DNA of 54,953 bases from Candidatus Zhuqueibacterota bacterium (GCA_034506455.1 JAPDPN010000002.1:14011-68963), one strand, 5' to 3'. Shown: positions 40,799-50,746, numbered from the stretch's first letter. Numbers and translations: made by a program. Notes: a model not told the origin generated them from the letters alone.

Positions 40799-42039
40799 CG
40801 CGCAAAATATCCTAGAGCTTGACCTACGACATCGATAAATCGATCGATTTCGGCAAAGGTGTTGTACAGATAAAAGCCGATGCGGGCAGTGGCCGGAATG
40901 CCCAGTTTTCTCATCACCAGCTGAGCGCAGTGGTGGCCGGAACGCACGGCAATGTTCCGACTGTCGAAAAATGTGGCAAGATCATGGGGATGCAGATTGC
41001 GGACCGTAAATGAAATCACAGGATTTCGTTCCGTATCAGGACAGTAGATTTTCAGCAATTCGATTTCCTGCAGTTTTTGCAGCGCGTAATCGGTCAACGC
41101 CCGACAATGCGCTTCAATCTTGTCCAAGCCGATCTGCTCCAAAAAGTCGATGGCTGCCCCCAAGCCGATGACGCCCGGAATATTTTGGGTTCCGGCTTCG
41201 AACTTCCACGGCAGTTTGGCCCAGGTGGAATAATGGTGATGAACCTGGTCGATCATCGATCCGCCGAACATGACCGGATCCATCGCTTCGAGCAGCTGTT
41301 CCTTGCCGTATAGAATACCGATGCCCATCGGACCCAGCATTTTGTGGCCGGAAAAGGCATAAAAGTCGGCGTCCAATTCTTCGACGTTTACCCGGGCGTG
41401 CGGGACGTACTGCACGCCGTCGACAACGACCAAACCGCCGACCGCATGCACCGCCTCGATGATTCGCTTTACGTCGACGCGGGTGCCGAGCACATTAGAC
41501 GCGTGGGTAATCGCCGCAAGACGTGTCCGCTCGCTCACCAATGTTTCCAAATCTTCGATCAGCAGCCGCCCTTCGCTGTCGATCGGCAGAAACTTGAGTG
41601 TTGCGCCGGTTCGCTTGGCCGTTTCCTGCCATGGAACGAGGTTGCTGTGATGCTCCAACTCGGTAACCAGAATCTCGTCGCCCGCCTTTAGGAATTTGCG
41701 CGCCCAGCCATAGGCGACAAAATTGAGGGATTGGGTGGCTCCGGCCGTAAAGATGATCTCGTGCGCATGACGCGCGCCGATAAACTGCGCCACCTGAAGC
41801 CGTGCACATTCATATCCGGCGGTCGCTTTTTCGGCCAGCTTGTAGGCGCTGCGGTGAGTGTTTGAATTATACTCTTCATGGAAACGACGAATGGCGTCCA
41901 AGACCTGAACAGGCCGCTGCGTCGTCGCCGGATTGTCAAAGTAGATCAGGTTACGATTTTCCGGCTGCTGGAAAATAGGAAAGCAGCTTCGAACCGCTTC
42001 AACGTCAAAAACAGTTTGTGGGGAGTCGCCTGCTCCCAT
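40789..42039 (-). CDS. sufS: cysteine desulfurase, SufS subfamily
   Basis: PLP lysine context FSGHKMLGP and catalytic Cys loop RSGHHCAQ. 416 aa. Confidence 0.9.
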   Translation of the reverse strand: MGAGDSPQTVFDVEAVRSCFPIFQQPENRNLIYFDNPATTQRPVQVLDAIRRFHEEYNSNTHRSAYKLAEKATAGYECARLQVAQFIGARHAHEIIFTAGATQSLNFVAYGWARKFLKAGDEILVTELEHHSNLVPWQETAKRTGATLKFLPIDSEGRLLIEDLETLVSERTRLAAITHASNVLGTRVDVKRIIEAVHAVGGLVVVDGVQYVPHARVNVEELDADFYAFSGHKMLGPMGIGILYGKEQLLEAMDPVMFGGSMIDQVHHHYSTWAKLPWKFEAGTQNIPGVIGLGAAIDFLEQIGLDKIEAHCRALTDYALQKLQEIELLKIYCPDTERNPVISFTVRNLHPHDLATFFDSRNIAVRSGHHCAQLVMRKLGIPATARIGFYLYNTFAEIDRFIDVVGQALGYFARWI

Positions 42040-42051
42040 ACCTTTTCCTTA

Positions 42052-42378
42052 TCAGTCGAGAGTAAGGATAATTCTGCCGTCGACTATTGCCGTCGGGAAG
42101 GTCTTGAGCGCCTCATAGGCAGGCAAGGAGAGCGCCGCGCCGGTACGCGGATCGAATCTGGCGCCGTGAAAGGCGCAGCATAGCGCGCCGTCTTCAATCC
42201 ACCCTTCCGAAAGCGGAAACTCTTCATGCGTACACTGATCCTGCAGCGCAAACACCTCCTCGCCGATCCTCACCAGGACGATTCGCTTTCCGTCGGCAGT
42301 AATGCCGCGCAGACTTGCATCCGGTAAGCCTTCCAAAGGGCCTGCATCGAATGTACTCATTTTCTGCCTCTCTTGCAA
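42052..42378 (-). CDS. Rieske [2Fe-2S] ferredoxin-like protein embedded in the suf operon
   Basis: CTHEEFPL...CCAFHGARF (CxH...CxxH). 108 aa. Confidence 0.85.
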   Translation of the reverse strand: MQERQKMSTFDAGPLEGLPDASLRGITADGKRIVLVRIGEEVFALQDQCTHEEFPLSEGWIEDGALCCAFHGARFDPRTGAALSLPAYEALKTFPTAIVDGRIILTLD

Positions 42379-42554
42379 AAGGGGTTTAACGAGTTTTTAA
42401 ATTTTGCATCGCAGTTTTTAAGGACAGAGCATCTTTACCGCAGGTTGCAAAAACCAGGCAAAAGCCTTTACAATCCGATGCCGTAATAAAGACAGAAGGC
42501 TGATTGGAATAAATTTTCCGGCTTGAGTACGCAAATCGAGTGCCTATGGCTGAA

Positions 42555-42881
42555 TTATGTGAAATAGTTCAATTCCAGCCGCGCGGCTTCGGACATCATG
42601 CCAGGATTCCACGGCGGCTCCCAAACCACCTCGACGTTCACCTCCGTAACCTCGTCGATTTCCTGGATCCGCCGATGCACTTCATCGGGAAGCGTTTCGG
42701 CGACCGGACAGGCCGGGGAGGTCAGGGTCATCACAACGTTGACACGACCCTGCGCGTCAACGTTCACCTCGTAGACCAAGCCGAGGTCATAAATATTGAC
42801 CGGTATTTCTGGATCATAGCAGGTGCGCAGCGTCTCGATGACCTCCTCGCGGAGATCGTCGACGGAAAAACTGGGTTCCAT
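42555..42881 (-). CDS. sufT: SufT / DUF59 (MIP18 family) Fe-S assembly protein
   Basis: CYDPEIPVNIYDLGLVY...MTLTSPACPV. 108 aa. Confidence 0.85.
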   Translation of the reverse strand: MEPSFSVDDLREEVIETLRTCYDPEIPVNIYDLGLVYEVNVDAQGRVNVVMTLTSPACPVAETLPDEVHRRIQEIDEVTEVNVEVVWEPPWNPGMMSEAARLELNYFT

Positions 42882-42893
42882 TCCGGCTCTCCT

Positions 42894-44177
42894 CTAAATC
42901 AGTGCCGCCAAGACTTCTCCCGCTTTGACGGCAAAACGTTCCTTTACAGGCTCCGGCATCGATTCGATGACCTCGCCGACAAATGCCTGAGTCAATAGCC
43001 GTTTGGCGTTGCTCCGGGCAATACCGCGGCTTTGCAGATAAAACAGCGCGTCCGCATCCAGTTGTCCCACTGTACCCCCATGCGTGCAGCGCACGTCGTC
43101 CGCATAAATCTCCAGCTGCGGTTGGGTGTCTATGGTTGCCTCATCGGTCAGCAGCAGGTTTTTGTTGGACTGAACAGCGTCGGTCTTTTGCGCCGCCTTG
43201 TGCACATAAATCTTGCCGCAGAAAACGGCGCGCGATCGATCGGCCAGAATGCCTTTATAAAGCTCGCGGCTTCCGGTATGCGGCGCCGCATGCTCGAGTA
43301 GGGTATGATTGTCAACCACCTGTTCGCCGGCCGTAATATAAAGGCCGTTCAAGATGCTTTCTGCTCCTTCACCTTCGAGCCGAGAGGTGAGATCGTTTCG
43401 CGCCAGCCGGCCGCCGAGAGTGATCTGATAGGAGGAATAAACAGCGGAGCGCTCCTGGCGTACGGCAGTAAAGCCGGTGTGTAGGGACTGATGGTTTTCT
43501 TCATTGACCCTGATGTGGAAAAGCGAGGCATTTTCGCCCACTACGATTTCGCCGACCGAGTTGGTCCAATGCTTCTGTCTGCCGATGGAGACGTATCGTT
43601 CTATCAGCGTTGCCTGTGCCGAGCGACCGACCAAAATGAGCAGGCGGGGAAGCGTCATGATCGGTACATCTTCAGCGATCGTCAAAAACAGCAGCTCGAT
43701 CGGCCGCTCCAATAAGGCATTATCGGCAATTTCGAGTACGACGACATCCTTCATCAGCGCCGTATTTAGAGCGGCAAATCCGTGCCGACGGCCGTCGCCC
43801 ATTGCGGCCAGTTCAGCTTCAAGGCGCTTCGGTACCCTCCGCAAAGCCTCTGCAAGTGAAAACAGTCGAACACCCTCGGGCAACTCTGCCGGAATCTTTG
43901 CTGCTCTGCCGTTGACCAATACGATTCGCAGCTCGTTACTCGCCTTTAAAAACGGCAGGTCGGGCAATTCAGCCTCCCCAGCCAAAGAAAAACCCGCAGC
44001 GCGGAAAGGGGTCGTGTCGGTAAAGCGCCATTCTTCGTCTTTGAGAGTTGGAAAACCGTTTTCGAGAAACAGCTCGGCGGCCGCCTTGCGTCTTGCTTCG
44101 AGCGCTGCAGGGAAAGCGCCGTTCTCGGACGTATCGATAAGCGGTCGGTACCAGAGGATTTCGGGTTTGTCATTCAT
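42894..44177 (-). CDS. sufD: Fe-S cluster assembly protein SufD
   Basis: 427 aa with a C-terminal beta-helix region ([34 protein letters not shown]) typical of SufD. The start overlaps the sufC stop (ATGA). Confidence 0.88.
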   Translation of the reverse strand: MNDKPEILWYRPLIDTSENGAFPAALEARRKAAAELFLENGFPTLKDEEWRFTDTTPFRAAGFSLAGEAELPDLPFLKASNELRIVLVNGRAAKIPAELPEGVRLFSLAEALRRVPKRLEAELAAMGDGRRHGFAALNTALMKDVVVLEIADNALLERPIELLFLTIAEDVPIMTLPRLLILVGRSAQATLIERYVSIGRQKHWTNSVGEIVVGENASLFHIRVNEENHQSLHTGFTAVRQERSAVYSSYQITLGGRLARNDLTSRLEGEGAESILNGLYITAGEQVVDNHTLLEHAAPHTGSRELYKGILADRSRAVFCGKIYVHKAAQKTDAVQSNKNLLLTDEATIDTQPQLEIYADDVRCTHGGTVGQLDADALFYLQSRGIARSNAKRLLTQAFVGEVIESMPEPVKERFAVKAGEVLAALI

Positions 44178-44929
44178 ACGGCGGCGGCTCCTTCCTTAAT
44201 CTGATCATACCCGTAATCCTCAAGGTGCAAGGCCAACTCGCGGTCACCCGACTTGACGATGCGGCCGTCGTACAAAACATGGACGAAATCGGGCACAATA
44301 TAGTTGAGCAGTCGTTGGTAATGGGTCACAACGATGATTGCATTGTCCGGTCGGCGCAGACTGTTGACGCCGTTGGCAACGATTTTAAGCGCATCGATAT
44401 CTAAACCCGAGTCGGTTTCGTCCAGGATGGCCAGCTTGGGCTCTAAAACCGCCATCTGCAGAATTTCATTGCGCTTTTTCTCGCCGCCGGAAAATCCTTC
44501 ATTTACCGAGCGCTTGAGGAACTTTTCGTCCATCTGCACCAGCTCGAGCTTTTCGCGGATCAGCTTGAGAAATTCCATCGCCCCTACCGGCGGCAATCCG
44601 CGATGTTGCCGAATTTCATTGAGCGCCGTGCGCAGAAAATAACTTGTATTCACACCAGGAATCTCGACCGGATATTGAAAGGCAAGGAAAATGCCTTCGC
44701 GGGCCCGCTCTTCCGGGGCCAATTCGAGAAGGTTGCGGCCTTCGAACGTGATCGTACCCTCGGTCACTTCGTAGCCATCCCGTCCGGCCAACACTGCCGC
44801 CAAAGTGCTTTTTCCCGAACCGTTCGGTCCCATGATCGCGTGCACTTCACCCGCATTGACCTGCAGATCGATTCCTTTCAATATTTCATGCCCCTCGACC
44901 GAGGCGTGCAGATTTCTTATGGTCAACAT
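44174..44929 (-). CDS. sufC: Fe-S cluster assembly ATPase SufC
   Basis: Walker [10 protein letters not shown], signature FSGGEKKR and Walker [14 protein letters not shown] prefer the Met at 44929 (MLTIRNLH) with AAGGAG 8 nt upstream; the track ORF extends to 44950. Confidence 0.9.
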   Translation of the reverse strand: MLTIRNLHASVEGHEILKGIDLQVNAGEVHAIMGPNGSGKSTLAAVLAGRDGYEVTEGTITFEGRNLLELAPEERAREGIFLAFQYPVEIPGVNTSYFLRTALNEIRQHRGLPPVGAMEFLKLIREKLELVQMDEKFLKRSVNEGFSGGEKKRNEILQMAVLEPKLAILDETDSGLDIDALKIVANGVNSLRRPDNAIIVVTHYQRLLNYIVPDFVHVLYDGRIVKSGDRELALHLEDYGYDQIKEGAAAV

Positions 44930-44983
44930 CAATCGTTCTCCTTTTTCCATTAGATAACTTGACAGCCGATTCGTTGCGATTTA

Positions 44984-46426
44984 TCAACCGACGCTGCCTT
45001 CCAAGCTTACACCAAGCAGCTTTTGCGCCTCAACGGCAAATTCCATGGGCAGCTCGGCAAACACCTGCCTGCAAAAACCGTTGACGATCATCGACACGGC
45101 ATTTTCAGTCGAAATACCGCGCTGGTTGAGGTAAAAGATCTGATCCTCGCCGATCTTGGAAGTAGTTGCTTCATGCTCGATCGTTGCCGAGCTGTTCTTG
45201 ACTTCGATATAGGGAAAAGTGTGCGCCCCGCATTTGTCGCCGATCAGCAACGAGTCGCATTGGGAAAAATTACGTGCATTCTGAGCGCTTTTAAGCACCT
45301 TTACTTGGCCGCGATAGCTGTTCTGTCCATGTCCCGCAGAAATGCCCTTGGAAACGATGGTGCTGCGCGTGTTTTTGCCGATGTGAATCATTTTGGTGCC
45401 CGTGTCGGCCTGCTGGTAGTGATTGGTCAGCGCCACCGAATAAAACTCCCCGACCGAATTGTCGCCCATCAAAATGCAGCTGGGATATTTCCAGGTGATG
45501 GCTGAACCGGTCTCGACCTGCGTCCAGCTGATTTTGGAATTTACGCCCTTACAGAGACCGCGCTTGGTCACAAAATTATAGATTCCGCCGCGCCCTTCCT
45601 TATCGCCCGGATACCAGTTCTGCACCGTCGAATACTTGATTTCCGCGTTGTCCAGGGCGATCAGCTCCACGACTGCCGCATGCAGCTGGTTTTCGTCACG
45701 AATCGGCGCTGTGCATCCTTCCAAATAGCTGACGTAAGCGCCATCATCGGCAATGATCAAAGTGCGCTCGAATTGACCGGTGAACTGCGCGTTTATGCGG
45801 AAGTAGGTCGAAAGCTCCATGGGACAGCGCACACCCTTCGGCACGTAGACGAACGAACCGTCGCTGAAAACCGCGGAATTCAGCGCGGCAAAAAAATTGT
45901 CGTTAGGAGGAACCACACTGCCCAAATACTTGCGAACCAAATCCGGATGCTCGCGCACTGCCTCCGAAAAGGAGCAGAAAATAATGCCAAGCTCGGCCAA
46001 TTTTTCCTTAAAGGTCGTGGCCACGGAAACGCTGTCAAGCACTGCATCAACCGCCACACCGGCAAGTTTCTCCTGCTCCGCCAAGGGAATGCCGAGCTTG
46101 TTGTACATTTCCAAAATCGCCGGATCTACCTCGTCCAGGCTTTTTGGATTTGCCTTTTTCGGCGCGGCAAAGTAAATGATGTCCTGATAGTCAATGGGAT
46201 CGTATTTGACATGCGCCCAATGCGGCTCGGTCATCTTTTGCCAAGCGTGAAAAGCTTTCAGCCGCCATTCCAACAGCCAGTCCGGCTCGCCTTTTCGTTG
46301 CGAAATGGCGCGAACAATGTCCTCGTTCAAACCCTTCGGAAAGCTCTCACTCTCGATATCGGCTACAAAACCGTATTTGTATTCCTGTCGGGTAAAATGA
46401 TCTAAAAGATCCAAATCGTCGCTCAT
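44984..46426 (-). CDS. sufB: Fe-S cluster assembly protein SufB
   Basis: 480 aa with characteristic SufB sequence throughout (YKYGF, WRLKAF, CTAPI..., [30 protein letters not shown]). Confidence 0.92.
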   Translation of the reverse strand: MSDDLDLLDHFTRQEYKYGFVADIESESFPKGLNEDIVRAISQRKGEPDWLLEWRLKAFHAWQKMTEPHWAHVKYDPIDYQDIIYFAAPKKANPKSLDEVDPAILEMYNKLGIPLAEQEKLAGVAVDAVLDSVSVATTFKEKLAELGIIFCSFSEAVREHPDLVRKYLGSVVPPNDNFFAALNSAVFSDGSFVYVPKGVRCPMELSTYFRINAQFTGQFERTLIIADDGAYVSYLEGCTAPIRDENQLHAAVVELIALDNAEIKYSTVQNWYPGDKEGRGGIYNFVTKRGLCKGVNSKISWTQVETGSAITWKYPSCILMGDNSVGEFYSVALTNHYQQADTGTKMIHIGKNTRSTIVSKGISAGHGQNSYRGQVKVLKSAQNARNFSQCDSLLIGDKCGAHTFPYIEVKNSSATIEHEATTSKIGEDQIFYLNQRGISTENAVSMIVNGFCRQVFAELPMEFAVEAQKLLGVSLEGSVG

Positions 46427-46848
46427 AGGCTCTCCTTGTATGAGTTAGAAGCCGCTACATCCGCCAGCGTTACGCGCTGCAGATAAGCAGAAACCGCCTG
46501 CTGCAGAGGATTAAAACTCTTTTTGACGCCGCAGTTGATGTCTCGGGCACAGCTCTGCGGCTCATCGATGCATTCGACGATCCGTATGGGCCCTTCGATC
46601 GCTTCGACGATCTCGCCGAGCGTAATTTCCTGGGGCTTTCGGTTTAAAATATAACCCCCATATGCGCCCTGAAGCGAGTCAATCAATCCCTCTTTGGCAA
46701 GCTGCTGTAAAATTTTGGCCAGCAACGGCTGCGGCACCGACTTGGCCTCGGCAATCTCTTTGACCGTCAAAATGTATCCTTCACCCTGTTCCGCCATATG
46801 CTGCAGCGCCAAAAGAGCATATTCCGTTTTTTTACTCAGTTTAAACAT
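46423..46848 (-). CDS. Rrf2 family transcriptional regulator, probably Fe-S-binding (IscR-like)
   Basis: N-terminal wHTH ([20 protein letters not shown]...). Three Cys in the pattern C-x6-C-x5-C ([17 protein letters not shown]). ATGA overlap with sufB. Confidence 0.85.
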   Translation of the reverse strand: MFKLSKKTEYALLALQHMAEQGEGYILTVKEIAEAKSVPQPLLAKILQQLAKEGLIDSLQGAYGGYILNRKPQEITLGEIVEAIEGPIRIVECIDEPQSCARDINCGVKKSFNPLQQAVSAYLQRVTLADVAASNSYKESL

Positions 46849-46852
46849 GGGT

Positions 46853-46877
46853 ATATCGGACTTTTTTAGTCTTATTT
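46853..46877 (-). promoter_or_regulatory. candidate Rrf2/IscR-type operator (GACT-N5-AGTC core)
   Basis: ATATCGGACTTTTTTAGTCTTATTT on +. The inverted core GACT(46859-62)-TTTTT-AGTC(46868-71) matches the centre of the type-1 IscR motif as I remember it (ATASYYGACTRWWWYAGTCRRSTAT). The flanks match only partly. It lies 5-29 nt upstream of the regulator ATG. Confidence 0.3.
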
Positions 46878-46956
46878 AAGCCTCTGACATAACAGAGATA
46901 CGCTGACTATTATTCCCTGCGGTTAATATTATTGAGAAATATGAGCCGCTACAAGA

Positions 46957-46976
46957 TTTTCAGCACGGGCTGAAAA
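46957..46976 (-). terminator. 8-bp hairpin, possible weak terminator for the manC-ptsN-Zn-ribbon unit
   Basis: On the minus strand, TTTTCAGC-CCGT-GCTGAAAA is followed by TCTTGT, about 140 nt downstream of the stop at 47113. The U tract is poor. Confidence 0.2.
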
Positions 46977-47112
46977 AATTCGGTCGTAGGAGTGATGATT
47001 TAAAGAAAAATGGTCTGTTTAAATGCAAAAGCAGCCGATCGGCAAAGAGAGGGATAAGAAACCACTTCATTATTCGACGAATGCGAAAATTTTCGGCAAT
47101 GTAGAAGAGTCC

Positions 47113-47454
47113 TTAATCAATCCAATACAGCATGCGGCCGCAGTTTTCGCAGACAAAGATCTCGTTGCCTTCTCGGCCTTGCGCACCTACAGCCGTGGGT
47201 TGACGAAGAAAACATCCGAGGCAGATGTCGTTCTTGACCGGAACAACGGCGCGTTTCAGTTTGCCGCGCAGCCGTTCATATCGGTAGAGCAGAGGTTTGC
47301 TGATTTTGGCTGCCAACTCTTGTCGCGCCGCTTTCAGCTCCTCGCACCCGCTGATTGCAAAGCCCAGCTTTTCCACGTCATGAGCCTCATCGATCATCAA
47401 ATCGAGATCCTGCAGATGGACAATCATCTCCAGCTCTTTATTCTCCATCGTCAT
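47113..47454 (-). CDS. short coiled-coil plus C4 zinc-ribbon protein (COG1579/zf-RING_7-like C-terminus)
   Basis: 113 aa. ...CLGCFLRQP...VCENCGRMLYWID gives two CxxC pairs. ATGA overlap with the ptsN stop. Confidence 0.6.
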   Translation of the reverse strand: MTMENKELEMIVHLQDLDLMIDEAHDVEKLGFAISGCEELKAARQELAAKISKPLLYRYERLRGKLKRAVVPVKNDICLGCFLRQPTAVGAQGREGNEIFVCENCGRMLYWID

Positions 47455-47912
47455 TCTCCTTGAAACACCGCCAAGAGGTCTTCAAAATTGGCAACGTGCA
47501 TCAACTGTTCTCTTTTGCTATCATCTTTTAATGTTGTGACGAGCGACCCGAGCAGCGGCAGATACTCGTTGCTCTTTTCCTGCGGGTGAGCGATAACCAT
47601 GAACAGCAGGTGCACCGGTTGTTGGTCGATGGCGTCGAAAGGAATGCCTTTTGAGGATTTGCCGAAGGCGATCATCACGTCGCCCGCCGCGGTGGTTCGG
47701 CCGTGCGGAATAGCGACGCCTTTGCCGATACCGGTGCTGCCCAGCTTCTCCCGCTGCTTAAGCATGGCCAAAACCAGCCTTTTATTTTTTACCAGCTTTT
47801 CCCGAACGAACAGATTCAGTAGTTCTTCCAAAGCCTCATCTTTGGTGGTCGCTTTCATTTCCGGGATAAAAAGCGACGAGTGAAAATAGTTTGTCAAATT
47901 GACACTGCTCAT
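47451..47912 (-). CDS. ptsN: PTS EIIA-type (nitrogen-regulatory PtsN-like) protein
   Basis: 153 aa. Phospho-His context STGIGKGVAIPHGR and EIIA(Fru/Ntr) fold pattern (DAIDQQPVHLLFMVI). Confidence 0.8.
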   Translation of the reverse strand: MSSVNLTNYFHSSLFIPEMKATTKDEALEELLNLFVREKLVKNKRLVLAMLKQREKLGSTGIGKGVAIPHGRTTAAGDVMIAFGKSSKGIPFDAIDQQPVHLLFMVIAHPQEKSNEYLPLLGSLVTTLKDDSKREQLMHVANFEDLLAVFQGE

Positions 47913-48251
47913 TTATGGCTCCTTTTCTACAAGGGAAGGTTCATCTACATGTTGTCGAATTGCAGAGATGCGGGACAAAATGGGGATGGGTAAATCAAAG
48001 GATGACAGGTCAAGGGCGGCCAACTCTTGCAGCAATGTTTCGATTTTGGCGGCGTCGCTATCCGTTTTTTGCAGAATCACCAGACGTTTATCTTCGAGAC
48101 GGCAGCCGGCGCTGCGAAAATCTCCTTTTTCATAACGGACCTCGATACCCGCCTGCGCGGCCGCATGCTCCAATCGGCTGAGCGCTTCTGTATTGTCTAT
48201 TCCTTTAAAGAATTGCGGTTCTTTAGCTGATGCAGTTCGTTTGTTACCCAT
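47913..48251 (-). CDS. hypothetical protein
   Basis: 112-aa ORF abutting the ptsN start, with its 5' end overlapping the upstream gene by 55 nt. No motif recognised. Confidence 0.4.
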   Translation of the reverse strand: MGNKRTASAKEPQFFKGIDNTEALSRLEHAAAQAGIEVRYEKGDFRSAGCRLEDKRLVILQKTDSDAAKIETLLQELAALDLSSFDLPIPILSRISAIRQHVDEPSLVEKEP

Positions 48252-49291
48252 CTTACTTCCTGCGAATGCCGCATCCCGCAGATCAGCAGCGCATCCGCCT
48301 GTTCGATAACAATCAAGTCTTCTACGCCGATGATCGATACAGTGCGGGATTGCACATCAATATACGAGTTTCTCACATCTTTTAAAAGAGGTTTGCCGAA
48401 AACCGCATTCAGGGAATCGTCCTTGGGTGAAAGGCGATAGACTTCCTCCCAGCTGCCGAGGTCGTTCCAGAGAAATTCCCCTTTAACCATGTAGATGCAA
48501 TCGGCTTTTTCCATCACTCCGTAGTCGATGGAGCGACCGGCGAGCCGCTGATACACAGCCGCACATACCTCATCGAAGCAGCCCTCGTCAATCGAGTTGT
48601 CGATCTGCTGCAGCCCTTCATAAAGTTCGGGCATCCATTTTTCGATGAGCTGCATCAGACGGTCGACCCGCCAGAGGAAAATGCCGCTGTTCCAATAAAA
48701 TGTGCCGCTCTGAAGAAACTGCTGCGCGGTCTCCGCGTCCGGCTTTTCGCGAAACGATGCCGCCTGAAAAACCGACGGTTCGTCGAGCTTGCGTCCGGCT
48801 TCTATGTACCCATAGCCGGTTGCCGGATAAGTCGGCGGAATGCCGAAAGTGACTGTAGCCGACGGTTCTTTTTCGATAACACGCAGAGCTGCACGTACAG
48901 CATGATAGAACAACTCGGTGCGCTGAATAAGATGATCGGCAGGTGCTGCAAGCATGACCGCGTCCGGATCAAGGCGACGCAAATGAACTGCCGCCAGACC
49001 GATCGCCGGCGCCGTGTTGCGTCCCATCGGTTCAAAGATGAAATGATCCGCATGCAGGTGCGGAAGCTGCTCCTTGAGCAGATGCTCCTGCGCTCTTGTG
49101 CTGACGATGAAAAGCCGATCGCTCGGCACCAGCCCCAACAACCGAGCCACGGTGTTTTGAATCAGCGTCTCGTCGCTGATCATGGCAAGGTACTGCTTCG
49201 GCTTGTCTTCTCGACTTTTAGGCCAAAAGCGCGTGCCGATGCCGCCGGCAAGAATGACGCCGTAAAGGTGATCAGCGATCCCCATTCTCAC
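48197..49291 (-). CDS. mannose-1-phosphate guanylyltransferase-like nucleotidyltransferase (no isomerase domain)
   Basis: GVILAGGIGTRFWPKSREDKPKQYL with a Rossmann-like NTP-transferase fold. 364 aa. Confidence 0.8.
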   Translation of the reverse strand: MRMGIADHLYGVILAGGIGTRFWPKSREDKPKQYLAMISDETLIQNTVARLLGLVPSDRLFIVSTRAQEHLLKEQLPHLHADHFIFEPMGRNTAPAIGLAAVHLRRLDPDAVMLAAPADHLIQRTELFYHAVRAALRVIEKEPSATVTFGIPPTYPATGYGYIEAGRKLDEPSVFQAASFREKPDAETAQQFLQSGTFYWNSGIFLWRVDRLMQLIEKWMPELYEGLQQIDNSIDEGCFDEVCAAVYQRLAGRSIDYGVMEKADCIYMVKGEFLWNDLGSWEEVYRLSPKDDSLNAVFGKPLLKDVRNSYIDVQSRTVSIIGVEDLIVIEQADALLICGMRHSQEVRWVTNELHQLKNRNSLKE

Positions 49292-49445
49292 CTCTGTGCT
49301 GTTCTTTCAGCATCTCCCAGACTCACTCCCACGCTATTTGTTTCGGCTGGGTTTTGTGTAAATGACTTTAGCATCGAGTTGAAGTTCCCGCCGGCAGTAC
49401 GCCCCTTGTGAGGATTATTGCGGTCGGCTGTTTTGCGATTAGAGC

Positions 49446-49475
49446 GGGCGTCGCGCTTACCGCCCGCCGACGCCC
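49446..49475 (-). terminator. GC-rich 8-bp hairpin just 3' of trxA (terminator-like, no U tract)
   Basis: GGGCGTCG(49446-53)/CGACGCCC(49468-75) with a 14-nt loop, starting 10 nt past the trxA stop on the minus strand. Confidence 0.25.
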
Positions 49476-49484
49476 GTCGAGCAA

Positions 49485-49811
49485 TCAACCGATATGCTTG
49501 GAAATTTTATTGATTAACTGTGTTTTTGGAAGCGCCCCGATCATTGTTTCCACGACTTGGCCGTTTTTGAACAACAAGAGCGTCGGAATGCTGTGAATGC
49601 CGTAATCAATGGCCGTTCGGCGATTGTTATCGACATCAAGTTTACCGACCTTGAGCTTGCCGTCGTACTCCGCTGCGATCTCTTCAACCACAGGCGCCAC
49701 CATACGGCAGGGGCCGCACCATATCGCCCAAAAATCCACCAAAACCGGAAGCGTCGATTCTATCACTTCACTTTTGAAATTGGCGTCCGTCAATTCGATT
49801 GGTTTTGCCAT
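49485..49811 (-). CDS. trxA: thioredoxin
   Basis: MAKPIELTDANFKSEV...VDFWAIWCGPCRMVAP. 108 aa. GGAGGA lies 6 nt upstream. The 263-aa ORF in the track is an in-frame upstream read-through. Confidence 0.92.
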   Translation of the reverse strand: MAKPIELTDANFKSEVIESTLPVLVDFWAIWCGPCRMVAPVVEEIAAEYDGKLKVGKLDVDNNRRTAIDYGIHSIPTLLLFKNGQVVETMIGALPKTQLINKISKHIG

Positions 49812-49903
49812 TTTTTCCTCCGTTTTGTATTCACTAAACAACTTAGAAACTTTGCGCCACTTTTGCAATAAAAAGCTTGGTTTCTCGGGTCGCCCCATCC
49901 GAT

Positions 49904-50746
49904 TTACTTTTTTATCTCGACGCGCGGATTGGCATAACAGTAAAGGCAGCCGTGCGAACAAGGGGTGTACCATCCGATATCCACGCTCTCGGTACAGCCG
50001 CAATCCTGACGTTGGCCCTTCGCTTTGCGCGTCGAAGCGGGCAGCCGGCGCGGGTGTAATTTCGTGAGCAGCTCTCCGTCTATGCAGCGGGAACGCCGCC
50101 AACCGGCGACGCAGCATCCGTGCAGGGTAATACCCCATCTTTCCGCAACGCTGCGCAGCCGTTTTTCTTCCTCCTGCCTCTGCTCGGAAGGCACCTCGAC
50201 AGCCTCGTACCCGCAACGGTGTAATCGTTTTCTTACCTTGGGATAGAGCTGTACCCAGCTCACCGTAATGTCGCAAAGACCACGACTCGAGGCAATCGGT
50301 GCGAGTTCGTCGAAAAAGGCAAGGTTGCAGATCATTCGTCCGAAAGCGTCGCGCAAATGAACGATCGGATCAAAACGCAGTCGGATGCGCAAAGGAGATT
50401 CAACCCATTCAACAAGACGGTCCAGCTCAGAAAGGACGCGATGCGGTGAAGGCACATGGGGCTCAACGTCCTTCCCGCCCAGGCCGGTAATCGTCAAATG
50501 CAGGAAAAGCTGATCGTAACGCTGGAGTTGCCGGCGCAGACGAGAGTGATTGAGCAGCACAATGGGATTCTTGGTCCACAGCACAATCGTGTGCGTCAGC
50601 TCAGGCGGAACGCGCTCAGCCAGTATATCGGCCAAGCCGTCGGGGTCGCCCGCAACCATATCGATCCGTCGACTGGCCGAGATCACGCGCCGCGAAGGAT
50701 CGTCGAACAGTGAAGCGGTTTTTGCCTTCCCTTTGCTCATACCCAT
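49904..50746 (-). CDS. DUF1848 domain protein (C-terminal Cys cluster, uncharacterised)
   Basis: ISASRRIDMVA near the N-terminus and C-terminal DCGCTESVDIGWYTPCSHGCLYCYANP, as I recall for DUF1848. An alternative ATG at 50740 forms an ATGA overlap with the GNAT stop. Confidence 0.6.
   Translation of the reverse strand: MGMSKGKAKTASLFDDPSRRVISASRRIDMVAGDPDGLADILAERVPPELTHTIVLWTKNPIVLLNHSRLRRQLQRYDQLFLHLTITGLGGKDVEPHVPSPHRVLSELDRLVEWVESPLRIRLRFDPIVHLRDAFGRMICNLAFFDELAPIASSRGLCDITVSWVQLYPKVRKRLHRCGYEAVEVPSEQRQEEEKRLRSVAERWGITLHGCCVAGWRRSRCIDGELLTKLHPRRLPASTRKAKGQRQDCGCTESVDIGWYTPCSHGCLYCYANPRVEIKK

Noticed and set aside
49485-50276. A 263-aa ORF that would fuse thioredoxin to a long Arg-rich N-terminal extension overlapping the DUF1848 gene.
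   Set aside because: The thioredoxin fold starts at the internal Met (49811), which has a strong GGAGGA SD and gives the canonical 108 aa. The upstream part is in-frame read-through of the neighbouring gene's 3' region.
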